Shown here: positions 53,420 through 62,615 of the stretch, piece by piece
Layout: each line of letters starts with the position of its first letter
Position numbering within the stretch: position 1 is the stretch's first letter
The notes under the pieces: generated by a model
What the model saw: only the letters and a program-made list of their open reading frames with translations
Told to the model about the DNA's origin: nothing
Databases searched by the model: none
Assembly: GCA_036794395.1 (NCBI GenBank)
Contig: DAIRGS010000003.1
Location: 1 to 62,748, forward strand
Direction: 5' to 3'
Length of the DNA: 62,748 nt
From: Tepidisphaeraceae bacterium
GTDB taxonomy: Bacteria > Planctomycetota > Phycisphaerae > Tepidisphaerales > Tepidisphaeraceae
Position numbers and translations under genes: made by a program

Positions 53420-54526
53420 CTACACATCTTCCTCTTCAAGTGACCGCACGTAAGCCAGCGCCTCGGCGATCGTGCATACAATCGCGCCGCGCCGGCGGCC
53501 GGCTGTATCGACATCCCTTAGAAGCATCAGGTCATCAAAATCTTCGTTCTCGCGCAATCTCAGTTTTGCGCGATGACCGAGTTCTCCGGATCGGTACGCA
53601 AGGGCATCCATGTGATGGGCGATCAGGAATCGGGTTCGATCGGTGATCGTGTCTTCCAGTGCTTCGATCGCGGCGGCGGGGTGATCGGCCGGGTCGATGG
53701 CTTTGCCGATGTCGTGAAGCAATGCCGCGAGGAGGAATTCCTCGTCCCATGGCCGCTCTTGGCGCGCCAGCTCGAAAACCTGGAGGCTGTGATATAGCGC
53801 ATCGCCTTCTGGATGATGCTGCGGGTTTTGCCGGACGTTTTCCAGCGGCTGGAGGAGCAGGCGATACAGTTCCCAGCGGTCCAGCGCATCGTCGAACTTC
53901 GCCGCCTCGGCGTCGGGATCGACACCGGGATGCACGCGGCGGATTAATTCCTCCAGCTCGGCAATCGTCGCCTTTTCGATTGTCGTGCCTGTGATGGAAC
54001 TCTTGAATCCGTAGTTCACCTTGTCCATCGCATAAAGTGTAAGTTCAAATGAAAACGTATCGGCGACGTGAATGTGGGTGAAGGTTCGCTCTTCGTTGTG
54101 CTTGATGATGCGCTTCCGCTCAACCGTGAAAGTCAGCCGTTCTTCCTCCAGCACGGTTGTTACCGCTGAAGGATGATCGGTGAAGACGTGGATATCAATA
54201 TCGGAGCCCTTGCGCACGTGGCCGGTCAGCGTGCTGCCGATGAGTTTGGGACGGAAGACGCACAGCAGCCGCATCATGTGCAGGGCGGCGATGCGCATCT
54301 GGCACAGGTTTTCCAGGCGTTTGTCGCCTTCGTAGAGATTGGCCAGCGCCTGGATCTGGTCGCGGATTTCGCGGTTGGAGGGGAGATCCTTGGGGCGGAA
54401 GCGTGATTCGACGCCCAACTGGCGTGCGGCTTTGCGCTTGGCGGTGAAGTATTCGGATTCTTCGCGTGCGTACATCAGACGCGCTGCGAGCAGCGCGATC
54501 TGCCTGCGGATTCGTTCATCTGCCAT
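53420..54526 (-). CDS. Nucleotidyltransferase-domain plus HD-domain protein
   Basis: NTase motif LIGSTLTGHVRKGSDIDIHVF. HD motif HHPEGDALYHSLQV...LLAALLHDIGKAID. Confidence 0.75.
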   Translation of the reverse strand: MADERIRRQIALLAARLMYAREESEYFTAKRKAARQLGVESRFRPKDLPSNREIRDQIQALANLYEGDKRLENLCQMRIAALHMMRLLCVFRPKLIGSTLTGHVRKGSDIDIHVFTDHPSAVTTVLEEERLTFTVERKRIIKHNEERTFTHIHVADTFSFELTLYAMDKVNYGFKSSITGTTIEKATIAELEELIRRVHPGVDPDAEAAKFDDALDRWELYRLLLQPLENVRQNPQHHPEGDALYHSLQVFELARQERPWDEEFLLAALLHDIGKAIDPADHPAAAIEALEDTITDRTRFLIAHHMDALAYRSGELGHRAKLRLRENEDFDDLMLLRDVDTAGRRRGAIVCTIAEALAYVRSLEEEDV

Positions 54527-54869
54527 GTCCTGTTCTCGCCGCGGATATCAAGCCCGGTTGTGCGGCGGTGGGCTGAAAATCAAAACTCGCGCGACATTCG
54601 TCGCGACGGAGGCATGTTACCACATGTATCGGATCATGCTGCAATAGCGGTCTTGCCGTTTGGGGGCTGGATCGGCTGCGGATGAGGGGCGGGCTGCGTT
54701 CATATCCAGTGATGGCAATGTGACAGATGGTACGAAATGTGACAAAAACAGCCCTGTCAGCGGTGTGTCACGTCACATATATCAATAGTTTGCTAAATAA
54801 TTCATCCAAGATTTATTTGGAATATCGGAAGGGGGTGAAGCGTACTAATGGTGCGAACATATCCCTAAC

Positions 54870-55496
54870 ATGCCCGTTCCGGGCAAGGAGAATTTCATGT
54901 CTGATCTGAATGAAGGCGGCTCTGAGAATGGCGGTGTGATTGAGACTTCCGGCTCATCGTCAGGGGATGCTGCGGGGGCGAAGGATGCGGCGCGCGAGGC
55001 GCTGGGAGAGTTGGTGCGTGCGGTTGCGACGCCGGCCGGCGGAGGGCAGCCGGCACAGTTGACGCCGCTCCAGGCGACGGTGATGGAGAAACTGTCGATC
55101 GGGATGCGCATCACGGACATCTCCAATCTGTTGAAGGTATCGCGTAACACGATCTACCGATGGCTGAAGGCCGATCCAAGAGTTCGGGCGGCTTACAACC
55201 GCTGGAAGCAGGTCTGTGCGCAGTCCGCCGAGACGCGGCTGCTGGCGATGCAGGATACGGCGCTGGATATCGTGCTCGAGCAACTGGAGGTCAAGCGGGA
55301 CGGACGATTGGCCCTCACGCTGCTGCGCCACCTCGGTGTTCTAAAGCCGCCCAGCATTCAAGCCGCGACCGAGGAATGGGCGGAGCGGGAGATTGAAGCC
55401 GAGCGGATGATGGCGGAAGGAAACCTGACGCGGTTCGTGGAGGAGGCGCGGGAGGCGGGGAAGGGGAAAGATGAATCGGATGCGAAATCCGAATGA
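54870..55496 (+). CDS. HTH-containing hypothetical protein (phage-like)
   Basis: ITDISNLLKVSRNTIYRWLKADP is HTH-like. The acidic, coiled C-terminus gives no further clue. An alternative ATG lies at 54897. Confidence 0.55.
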   Translation: MPVPGKENFMSDLNEGGSENGGVIETSGSSSGDAAGAKDAAREALGELVRAVATPAGGGQPAQLTPLQATVMEKLSIGMRITDISNLLKVSRNTIYRWLKADPRVRAAYNRWKQVCAQSAETRLLAMQDTALDIVLEQLEVKRDGRLALTLLRHLGVLKPPSIQAATEEWAEREIEAERMMAEGNLTRFVEEAREAGKGKDESDAKSE

Positions 55497-55674
55497 CGAA
55501 AGGAGGTAGGGCGGTTTCGGTTCGCTGTGAGCGAGAGGAGGATAGGTGGGGAATTGCTTACAGTCTTCGTGCCGAATTTCACATGACTCGATCGGCGGTA
55601 GTGGGTCAGTTTGAAGTATCCGGTTTTTGTGGTGGCATGGATTTTATCTGGGAGGCCGGAAAGATACGATTCGC

Positions 55675-56097
55675 ATGATGATGGATGATGGATTCGTCAG
55701 GGCGTTTTTTGCCTCGTACCTTCATCGATTGGCGTCGATGGTTGAAGCGACAGAGGCTTTTGCGTTCGGGTTGAGTGAAGGCAAAGACGATGTCCACTTC
55801 GCTCTCATTCAGCATATTCGCCCCGGCGGGGCAAAACCCGAGGTTATGGAGACGGCTCGAAGAGCATTCATCGAGATTGCGCGGCCGTGTGTGGCGGCCG
55901 GAAAGTCCGGAGCGATTGAGATCGAGGAACTCGATCACGGAAAACCGCCACAATTTTGTCTGGTTGTGCCCCTCGTGGATCGGCAGCGCGTCGCCGGTGT
56001 CATCGGGCTCATCTCCCGCTGCGAGAACATGGACCAGGCAAAGAGGAAACTCGCGGTGATTTCGGTGTGGGCACCGCGACTCGGCGACTCGCGCTAG
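55675..56097 (+). CDS. Hypothetical protein (141 aa)
   Basis: The start was moved to MMMDDGF because the first 16 codons of the track ORF lie in a repeat shared with 57194-57250. Confidence 0.45.
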   Translation: MMMDDGFVRAFFASYLHRLASMVEATEAFAFGLSEGKDDVHFALIQHIRPGGAKPEVMETARRAFIEIARPCVAAGKSGAIEIEELDHGKPPQFCLVVPLVDRQRVAGVIGLISRCENMDQAKRKLAVISVWAPRLGDSR

Positions 56098-56136
56098 TGA
56101 ATCCCTCGCCCCTAATCAATTAGCCCCACCAATCCC

Positions 56137-56295
56137 TCAAGTTTCAATAGATGGCCCGTGAGGCCATCGGCCATCGCGGGGCGTAACTCCGAGGCTCTGG
56201 TGAATTCGGCAGAAGTTGTAGTGCATGAAGTGAAGGGCGATGTTGAATTCGTGATTCTCGACGTTCGTTGAAAAGGCGTTGGTCAGCCTGGTAGA
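56137..56295 (-). pseudogene. C-terminal remnant of an IS1-like DDE transposase
   Basis: TRLTNAFSTNVENHEFNIALHFMHYNFCRIHQSLGVTP resembles the conserved C-terminal ...FSKKLENH..A.ALHF.YYNFCR.H..L..TPA segment. No upstream transposase body is present. Confidence 0.6.
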
Positions 56296-56651
56296 TCGCC
56301 GCATTGCTTTCGGCATTCCGGGCAGACGCCGCTGGTGTTGGCGGTGAGATCGTAGCCGCACTGTCGGCACAAATGGGGATTGGCTTCGAGGACGAAGCGA
56401 TTCAGGGTCGCGAATTGAATGTGGGTGATCACTGCCCAAACGCCGAGCCATGGCGCAAGAAAGATGCAACCCAGCGGCGTCTTAAATCGAAACATCGCCA
56501 AGAGGAGAAGGGCCGTGTTGCCAAGATGCGCCAGGAGGATGCCCCAGAATCGCGGACTTCGACGTGCTTTCCGATAGGCAAGCCGCAAGGCTTCTGCACG
56601 CTCTGCGGGGTTTGCCCTGCAAACGGACGGCATGTTTCTGGCGAACAGCAC
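56283..56651 (-). CDS. Small membrane protein with C-terminal CxxCGYDL...CPEC zinc ribbon
   Basis: Two TM segments and the C-terminus CRQCGYDLTANTSGVCPECR. It is a paralogue of 56917-57192. Confidence 0.6.
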   Translation of the reverse strand: MLFARNMPSVCRANPAERAEALRLAYRKARRSPRFWGILLAHLGNTALLLLAMFRFKTPLGCIFLAPWLGVWAVITHIQFATLNRFVLEANPHLCRQCGYDLTANTSGVCPECRKQCGDLPG

Positions 56652-56916
56652 GCACTGGTTTTACCCGATCAGCGCCGCCGGTTCCTCAAGTTCCCAAACA
56701 TGAGTGGTGCGGCAAGGGGGTATTGCGGGCGTGATGCGAAGGCCCCCGTTGCGTTCTTGTTTCTTGGTAACTTTCATATGTTGACGCAGGGGAGTGAGAT
56801 CATTTTCCCGAATGGGTTAGTTGCAGCACGTGGAGGATCCGGGCCGGCGCTGGGTACAGCTCTGGCCCGGCGTGGGGTGGGGTTGGGTGAGTTGGCGTTA
56901 TTGTTGGCGGGATGTG

Positions 56917-57192
56917 CTATGAGGAGAGCGCATATGGGGAGATGGTGGTTCCGCATTCGGGGAAGGTGCCGCTGGTGTTGGCGGTGAGCGAGTGCGCGCA
57001 GCCGACGCAAAGTCTCTTTGACGCCCTGCGTTGCTTGAGTGATGGGCGGCATACAAGCCAGATCACGGTGGTCACGACCGGCATCGTGAGGATGCATATG
57101 AAGCCGAAAAGCCAAGCGAGAGGGATCAAGCCGTACCGATAGGTGTCCTCGGGATCGTGACCGGCCAGCATCCGAACGGTAGTCATTGTCAC
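56917..57192 (-). CDS. Small membrane protein with degenerate C-terminal zinc ribbon (CVGCAHSLTANTSGTFPECG)
   Basis: Its tail shares LTANTSG..PEC with 56283-56651. Confidence 0.5.
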   Translation of the reverse strand: MTMTTVRMLAGHDPEDTYRYGLIPLAWLFGFICILTMPVVTTVIWLVCRPSLKQRRASKRLCVGCAHSLTANTSGTFPECGTTISPYALSS

Positions 57193-57206
57193 GATTCGGT
57201 AGTGGG

Positions 57207-57653
57207 TCAGGTTGAAATATCAGGATTTTTCGGCGGCACGGATTTCGATCGCATCATCCATCGACCGAACTTCGTGGCAGGCAGGAGGAGAAAGAATATG
57301 GCAAGCAGCCAGAACGGTAAGCCGATCATGCCCCAATCCGCCGCACGATGATATGAAAATCCCAAACGGTTTAGAAAAGACTCGTGAGGTAGAATGGGCT
57401 TTCCCATTGGTTGGCTTGCCCATCTCCAATGCGTTGGACGCGGGATCGTCCCGGGAGGCGGAGGGGACATCTGGTAATGGGATATGAGAATGATTCCCTT
57501 CAATGATCCGATCGCGATGTCCGCGTGAACTTCATTAGATGCCGTGCGGTACAACGTGCTCTTAACGAAGTGGTTCCGCACCCACAGCACGACCGTTGCG
57601 GCGCACAGCAGCAGCGACAGAAAAGACGCAATGGAAAAGAGGCGGCGGCGCAC
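57207..57653 (-). CDS. Membrane protein (N-terminal and C-terminal TM segments), same local paralogue group
   Basis: MRRRLFSIASFLSLLLCAATVVLWV ... LPFWLLAIFFLLLP. The 5' leader repeat is shared with 56283-56651. Confidence 0.55.
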   Translation of the reverse strand: MRRRLFSIASFLSLLLCAATVVLWVRNHFVKSTLYRTASNEVHADIAIGSLKGIILISHYQMSPPPPGTIPRPTHWRWASQPMGKPILPHESFLNRLGFSYHRAADWGMIGLPFWLLAIFFLLLPATKFGRWMMRSKSVPPKNPDIST

Positions 57654-57977
57654 CGTTACAGTTTACCCGATCAGCTTCACTTGTTCCTCAAGTTCCCATA
57701 CATGATCGGTGGGGCCAGCGGCCATCGCGGGCGTGACGCGCACCCGATCCCATCAAAAGACTCAAGACCAGCATGACCTTTATCACCGCCCGTTGGGCAA
57801 TGATCCTCAGCATTTTCGCCATCTTCCAAGTTGCCGTCTCTCGATCCTCGGCCTGCTCACAAGCCGAAGGCCGAGGCGGTCTTCGAGCAGGTGTGGCAAA
57901 CGTCCAGATCGAAGCGGGCCTCGAGATGCGGGGCAGGGGAAGGCGAATGATGAATGAAGTGGGCCGCATGCCTGTGA

Positions 57978-58436
57978 TTGCGACGGGTTGCACGCGGCGA
58001 TAATGTCCCAAGTATGGCGGCAGACGAAGGGCGGGAAATAGAATCTGAATTGCGGCGCATCCTAGAACGCACGGATGTCGATGCCGCCTATGACGCCTTG
58101 CCGGGTTGCATGGGTGGAAAGATCCTGAATGCAGACATGGCGCGGGAGTTATCGCCACGATATAAGACGATCGCTGACCGAATCGCATTTACTCACGCCA
58201 CTTATGCGCCCGCCCGCGACTATGTTTTCAATCGCTACATGCGAACCATAAAATCAAGTCGCGGCAAGTTGGCGATGATCCTTGCAGGGGGTGCAGCGTC
58301 GGGGAAATGTACTTCGGTTCGGGGTCTCCTGGAACGTGCGGACTTGGTCTTCGATAGCAATTGCGCGGAGTTTCAAACCGCGAATAAAGGGTCGGGAGTC
58401 TTTGATTCTGATCGTCGGTCTGTTATGCTGCTTTGA
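57978..58436 (+). pseudogene. Zeta-toxin/AAA_33-like P-loop kinase, apparently truncated shortly after the Walker A motif
   Basis: KLAMILAGGAASGKCTSVRGLLERADLVFDSN is followed within 12 codons by the left inverted repeat of the RAYT element and a stop. Confidence 0.5.
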
Positions 58437-59131
58437 TGCCCAGACGCCTGCGTCTTGCCACCGGTGGGATGGTTTATCATGTGCTCAATCGCGCCGTGGG
58501 AAAGGGCCGCATCTTTGAGGACGAGGGTGACTACCTTGCCATGGAGCGGGTGATCGAACGGACGTGTGAGCGGGTGCCGATGCGCATCGTGAGCTACTGC
58601 CTCATGCCAACCCACTGGCACATGATTCTCTGGCCGAAGAAGGATGGGGAACTGAGTGAATTCATGCGGCTGCTGACCGTCACGCACACGCAGCGTTGGC
58701 ATGCCCATCATCACTCAGCGGGCACCGGGCCGCTGTACCAGGGCCGGTTCAAAAGTTTTCCTATTCAGCGAGATGACCATTTTCTGATTGCCTGCCGGTA
58801 TGTGGAACGCAATGCGCTGCGGGCGAATCTCGTCGGGTCCGCCGGGAAATGGCCGTGGTGCAGCCTGGCCAGGCGAAATGCCAAAATGAGGCCGGCGTGG
58901 CTGATGCCGCCGGATCAGTGGCCGGTCGAGCCACCTGGCAACTGGGCGGCGCGCGTCGATCGCGCCCAGTCCGCGGCGGAAATGGATGCGATCCAGTTGT
59001 GCGTCAAACGCGGCCGGCCTTTCGGCGATGATCGATGGCAACGCCGCACGGCTGAAAAGCTGGCGCTGGAATCCACGCTGCGGCCGCGGGGGCGGCAATG
59101 GATTCATCCGATCAAAGACTCCCGACCCTTT
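58386..59131 (+). mobile_element. RAYT-type element: Y1 (IS200-like/REP-associated) transposase gene flanked by 21-bp perfect inverted repeats
   Basis: aaagggtcgggagtctttgat (58386-58406) is the exact reverse complement of atcaaagactcccgacccttt (59111-59131). Confidence 0.8.
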
Positions 59132-59134
59132 TGA
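58433..59134 (+). CDS. REP-associated tyrosine transposase (RAYT, Y1 HUH family)
   Basis: YHVLNRA, the HUH motif CLMPTHWHMILWP, and GPLYQGRFKSFPIQRDDHFLIACRYVERNALRANLV with the catalytic Tyr region. Confidence 0.85.
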   Translation: MMPRRLRLATGGMVYHVLNRAVGKGRIFEDEGDYLAMERVIERTCERVPMRIVSYCLMPTHWHMILWPKKDGELSEFMRLLTVTHTQRWHAHHHSAGTGPLYQGRFKSFPIQRDDHFLIACRYVERNALRANLVGSAGKWPWCSLARRNAKMRPAWLMPPDQWPVEPPGNWAARVDRAQSAAEMDAIQLCVKRGRPFGDDRWQRRTAEKLALESTLRPRGRQWIHPIKDSRPF

Positions 59135-59290
59135 CTTCTCTTTTGACTTCTTTACATACATACCAGATTCTCCGACACATGGAACAATTCAACCCAGATC
59201 TCCTATGCCGTTATCCGCGTACCGAACGGCGCATGCGGTTACTGGTCCGCTCTGGGTATTTGTTACTGATTGACGCCAAATAGGACGAAT

Positions 59291-59773
59291 ATGGCTTGGA
59301 TCTTTCAATTAGGTGCTGAGTTCGGCGATGATTACATTGCTGCAACGGAATTTGCGCGATTCTTTGAGCACACACTATGGCGTGTACGGACTGAGCCGCT
59401 GTTTGAGACTATAATCCGATCGGGCGTTCAATCCGGTGAAAGTGGAAAATGGTGGGCCATTGCAAGCCCGACCGGTGTGAGCACGTCCGGTGTTTCGAGT
59501 GTCGACGAAGCCCAAAGGCTGAGTGATATCGGGTTTTTACTTTACGAGAAGCTACGAAGCGCGCCTCCTTATCGATTCGCGGCAGTTGGTTTTGAAGTCT
59601 TCGATTTTAGGGATGTTGAGGATCTCCCTGCAATAATCTCACTGCCGCAGACAAACGGATTAGTGTTATCACAGGCACTGTGGACGACGTTCGGAAGGCC
59701 TCTAATGTATGTTCCATTTAGTGATGGATACTGGTGGAATCCATATCGGGGAGAGCAGTTTCGTCGATGCTGA
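59291..59773 (+). CDS. Hypothetical protein (160 aa)
   Basis: Lower-GC ORF starting MAWIFQLGAEFGDDYIAATEF. No motif was recognised. Confidence 0.45.
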   Translation: MAWIFQLGAEFGDDYIAATEFARFFEHTLWRVRTEPLFETIIRSGVQSGESGKWWAIASPTGVSTSGVSSVDEAQRLSDIGFLLYEKLRSAPPYRFAAVGFEVFDFRDVEDLPAIISLPQTNGLVLSQALWTTFGRPLMYVPFSDGYWWNPYRGEQFRRC

Positions 59774-60124
59774 AAAGGTGGCGCCCACGAATGACTTTAT
59801 CCGTAAGTGCGTGCCGTATCTATATTTATAAGATTTTCGTAAGACTCGACCCGTGTGGTCAAAATATTCAGCCGCCGGAAAGTGGCGGCTGACAAGGGCC
59901 AAACGACGGCATTCGGAAGAACGTCGAACGCCGTTTGCCTGTTGACAAAGTGGATAGCGGAGCCTTCTCGCCACGCGAAGTGTGGCGCGCGGGTCGGGCC
60001 GGAAGTTTTGTCGGGTGGTTACGCCGCCGCGCGGTGGTAGAACTAGGCGGAAAAGGGGCCATTCCTAATTCTCACTTATGTCCACAATTAGGAGTGTCCC
60101 TTTGTCGTCTTCCCGTTTTCGTCT

Positions 60125-60278
60125 TTTGTATCGAAACTTGGTTTTCCCATATCTCACCCGTCGCCGGTGGTCAACTCCCTCGATCATGGGCTGGAAGCCC
60201 CATGCCACGCCGTCCGGGGAGACGCCCCTTGCTTCTTATATCTTCACGGAATTGCGCGGAATCATGCACGGTCACTTA
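60125..60278 (+). repeat. Dispersed repeat unit, copy U3
   Basis: tcgaaacttggttttcccatatctcacccg...ctccctcgatcatgggctg...gaagccccatgccacg...gcgcggaatcatgcacggtcacttag aligns to the reverse complement of 43950-44095. Confidence 0.7.
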
Positions 60279-60486
60279 GGGCTGGGGTGTGGCGGACCTG
60301 CTGAATCATCTTGTGGCACCGCCGCCCTCGGCTATGTTCGACCGAAGTTGGAAGTCCGGCGACAAATAGCCATCTGCCTGCGGCAGATCACAGCCGAGGG
60401 CGGCTGTGCCACATGGATCGCCGGGGGTTGGCGGTTGGATTGGGCGTTGAGAATGTGTGGCGTTGATTGTTGGTGGAAGGGGTGCG

Positions 60487-62610
60487 ATGCGAATTAGAAT
60501 GGTGCGCATGCGAGAGATGATCCTGGCGGCGGCGGTTGCGTTGATTGGGGGCCTGATGACGGCAGTCCCGGTGGGAGGCGCGGAAACCGCGAACGGGGCG
60601 CGGGGGGATGCGATGTTGAAGGGGTATTTTGAGATTGAAGTGCGGGGCATTGAGGCGAAGGGGCTTTGGGAGGGGAAGACGCTGGAGGAGTGGAAGGCGA
60701 AGCGCGGGGCGTATCGGCGGGAGCTGGCGGAGATGCTGGGGCTTTGGCCGGAGCCGGTGCGGAGGGATTTGAAGGTGACGGTGACGGGGCGGGTGGAGCA
60801 GGCGGAGTTCACGGTGGAGCGGGTGGCGTTTCAGTCGCTGCCGGGGTTGTATGTGACGGGGGATGTGTTTGTGCCGCGGGGGATGAGCGGGCGCTTGCCG
60901 GCGATCTTGTATGTGTGCGGACACGGGGAAGTGAAAGAAGCCGGGGTGGCGATGGGGAACAAGGTTGCGTACCAGCACCACGGCGAGTGGTTCGCGCGAA
61001 ACGGGTACGTGTGCCTGGTGATCGATTCGCTGGAGCTGGGGGAAATCGCGGGAATCCATAAGGGAACGTATTCGAATGGGATGTGGTGGTGGCACTCGCG
61101 CGGGTATACGCCGGCCGGGGTGGAGGCGTGGAATGGGATGCGGGCGATCGATTACCTGTGCAGTCGGCGCGACGTGGACGCGAAGCGGATTGGGATGACT
61201 GGCCGGTCGGGCGGCGGAGCGTATACATGGTATGTGGCGGCGCTGGACGAGCGCGTGGCGGTGGCCGCGCCGGTGGCGGGGATCACCGATCTGCGGAATC
61301 ACGTGGTGGACGGGTGCATTGAGAATCACTGCGACTGCATGTTCATGGTGAACACGTATCGCTGGGATTTTGCGCGCGTGGCGGCGCTGGTGGCGCCCCG
61401 GCCGCTGCTGTTTGCCAACAGCGACAAAGATACGATTTTTCCGCTCGATGGAGTGATGCGCGTGCATGGGCAGGTGCGAGAGATCTACAGGCTGTATGGG
61501 CAGGAGAAGCAGTTGGGGTTGTTGATTACCGAGGGGCCGCACAAGGACACGCAGGACTTGCAGGTGCCGGTGTTCAGGTGGTTCAACCGGTTTTTGAAGG
61601 GCGAACTGGGTGCGGTCGAGAAGGTGGCGACACCGCTGATGACGGCGCGGCAGTTGAAGGTGTTTGAACAATTGCCGGGCGATGCGATCAATGGGCGGGT
61701 GCAGGAGACGTTTGTGCCGGCGGCGGGCGAGCCGGCGGTTGCTGCGTCTCAAGAGAAATGGGCGGCGCAGCGGTTCGATTGGATGGAGGCGCTGAAGACG
61801 AAAACGTTTGGCGGGTGGCCCGAGATAGCGCCGGCGCTATCGGCGCGGGTGGCGTTTGATGTGACGCGGAACGGCATTCGGCTGCGGGCGGTTGATTACG
61901 TCAGTCAGCCTGGTGTGACATTGCGGCTGTATGTGGCGGGAAATGCGGACGGGCCGGCGGCGCGGGAAGTGGCGTTGCGGGTGCTGGATGAGGAGGAGTG
62001 GCAGCCGTGGCTGGCGCGGATGCGGGGCGGAGGATTCGATCAGGAATTCCGAGAGGAAATGGCAAGCGACACGGACGCGCCGGGGTTTGCGCGCGTGGCG
62101 GCGGCGCTCAAAGGCAATCCGATTGCGCTGGCGTGGGCAGCGCCGCGCGGCGTGGGGCCGACGGCATGGACCGCCGATGTGAAGAAACGCACGCAGATTC
62201 TGCGGCGATTTGAATTGCTTGGGCAAACGCTGGATGGGATGCGCGTGTGGGATGTGCGGAGAGCGGTCGAGGCGGCGGGAGCGACCGCGGGGCTGGAGGG
62301 ATTGCCGATCCGATTGCGGGCGCGGGGGCGGATGGCGGGGGTCGCGTTGTATGCGTCGCTGTTTGGGCGGGGGGTGAAGTGGGAGGAATTGGCGGCGCTG
62401 CCACGGTCGCACAGGGATGGACCCGACTTGCTTAATGTAATGAAGACGATGGATATTGATGTGGCGCTGGCGATGGCGGCGGAGCGGGCGGAGGTGAAGC
62501 TGTTTGAACAGCCTGGCGAGGGGCGCGGATACGTGCGCGCGGTGGCGAAGGCGTTGGGGTGGAAGAAGGGGATTGAGATTGAGCGGGGTGTGGGGGAACT
62601 GTGGCCGTGA
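60487..62610 (+). CDS. Secreted alpha/beta hydrolase (acetyl-xylan-esterase / S9 peptidase-like)
   Basis: Signal peptide MILAAAVALIGGLMTAVP. Nucleophile elbow IGMTGRSGGGAY. AXE1-like N-terminal region (GYFEIEV...VERVAFQSLPGLYVTGDVFVP). The exact start is uncertain (60457, 60487 or 60517). Confidence 0.75.
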   Translation: MRIRMVRMREMILAAAVALIGGLMTAVPVGGAETANGARGDAMLKGYFEIEVRGIEAKGLWEGKTLEEWKAKRGAYRRELAEMLGLWPEPVRRDLKVTVTGRVEQAEFTVERVAFQSLPGLYVTGDVFVPRGMSGRLPAILYVCGHGEVKEAGVAMGNKVAYQHHGEWFARNGYVCLVIDSLELGEIAGIHKGTYSNGMWWWHSRGYTPAGVEAWNGMRAIDYLCSRRDVDAKRIGMTGRSGGGAYTWYVAALDERVAVAAPVAGITDLRNHVVDGCIENHCDCMFMVNTYRWDFARVAALVAPRPLLFANSDKDTIFPLDGVMRVHGQVREIYRLYGQEKQLGLLITEGPHKDTQDLQVPVFRWFNRFLKGELGAVEKVATPLMTARQLKVFEQLPGDAINGRVQETFVPAAGEPAVAASQEKWAAQRFDWMEALKTKTFGGWPEIAPALSARVAFDVTRNGIRLRAVDYVSQPGVTLRLYVAGNADGPAAREVALRVLDEEEWQPWLARMRGGGFDQEFREEMASDTDAPGFARVAAALKGNPIALAWAAPRGVGPTAWTADVKKRTQILRRFELLGQTLDGMRVWDVRRAVEAAGATAGLEGLPIRLRARGRMAGVALYASLFGRGVKWEELAALPRSHRDGPDLLNVMKTMDIDVALAMAAERAEVKLFEQPGEGRGYVRAVAKALGWKKGIEIERGVGELWP

Positions 62611-62615
62611 TAGGG

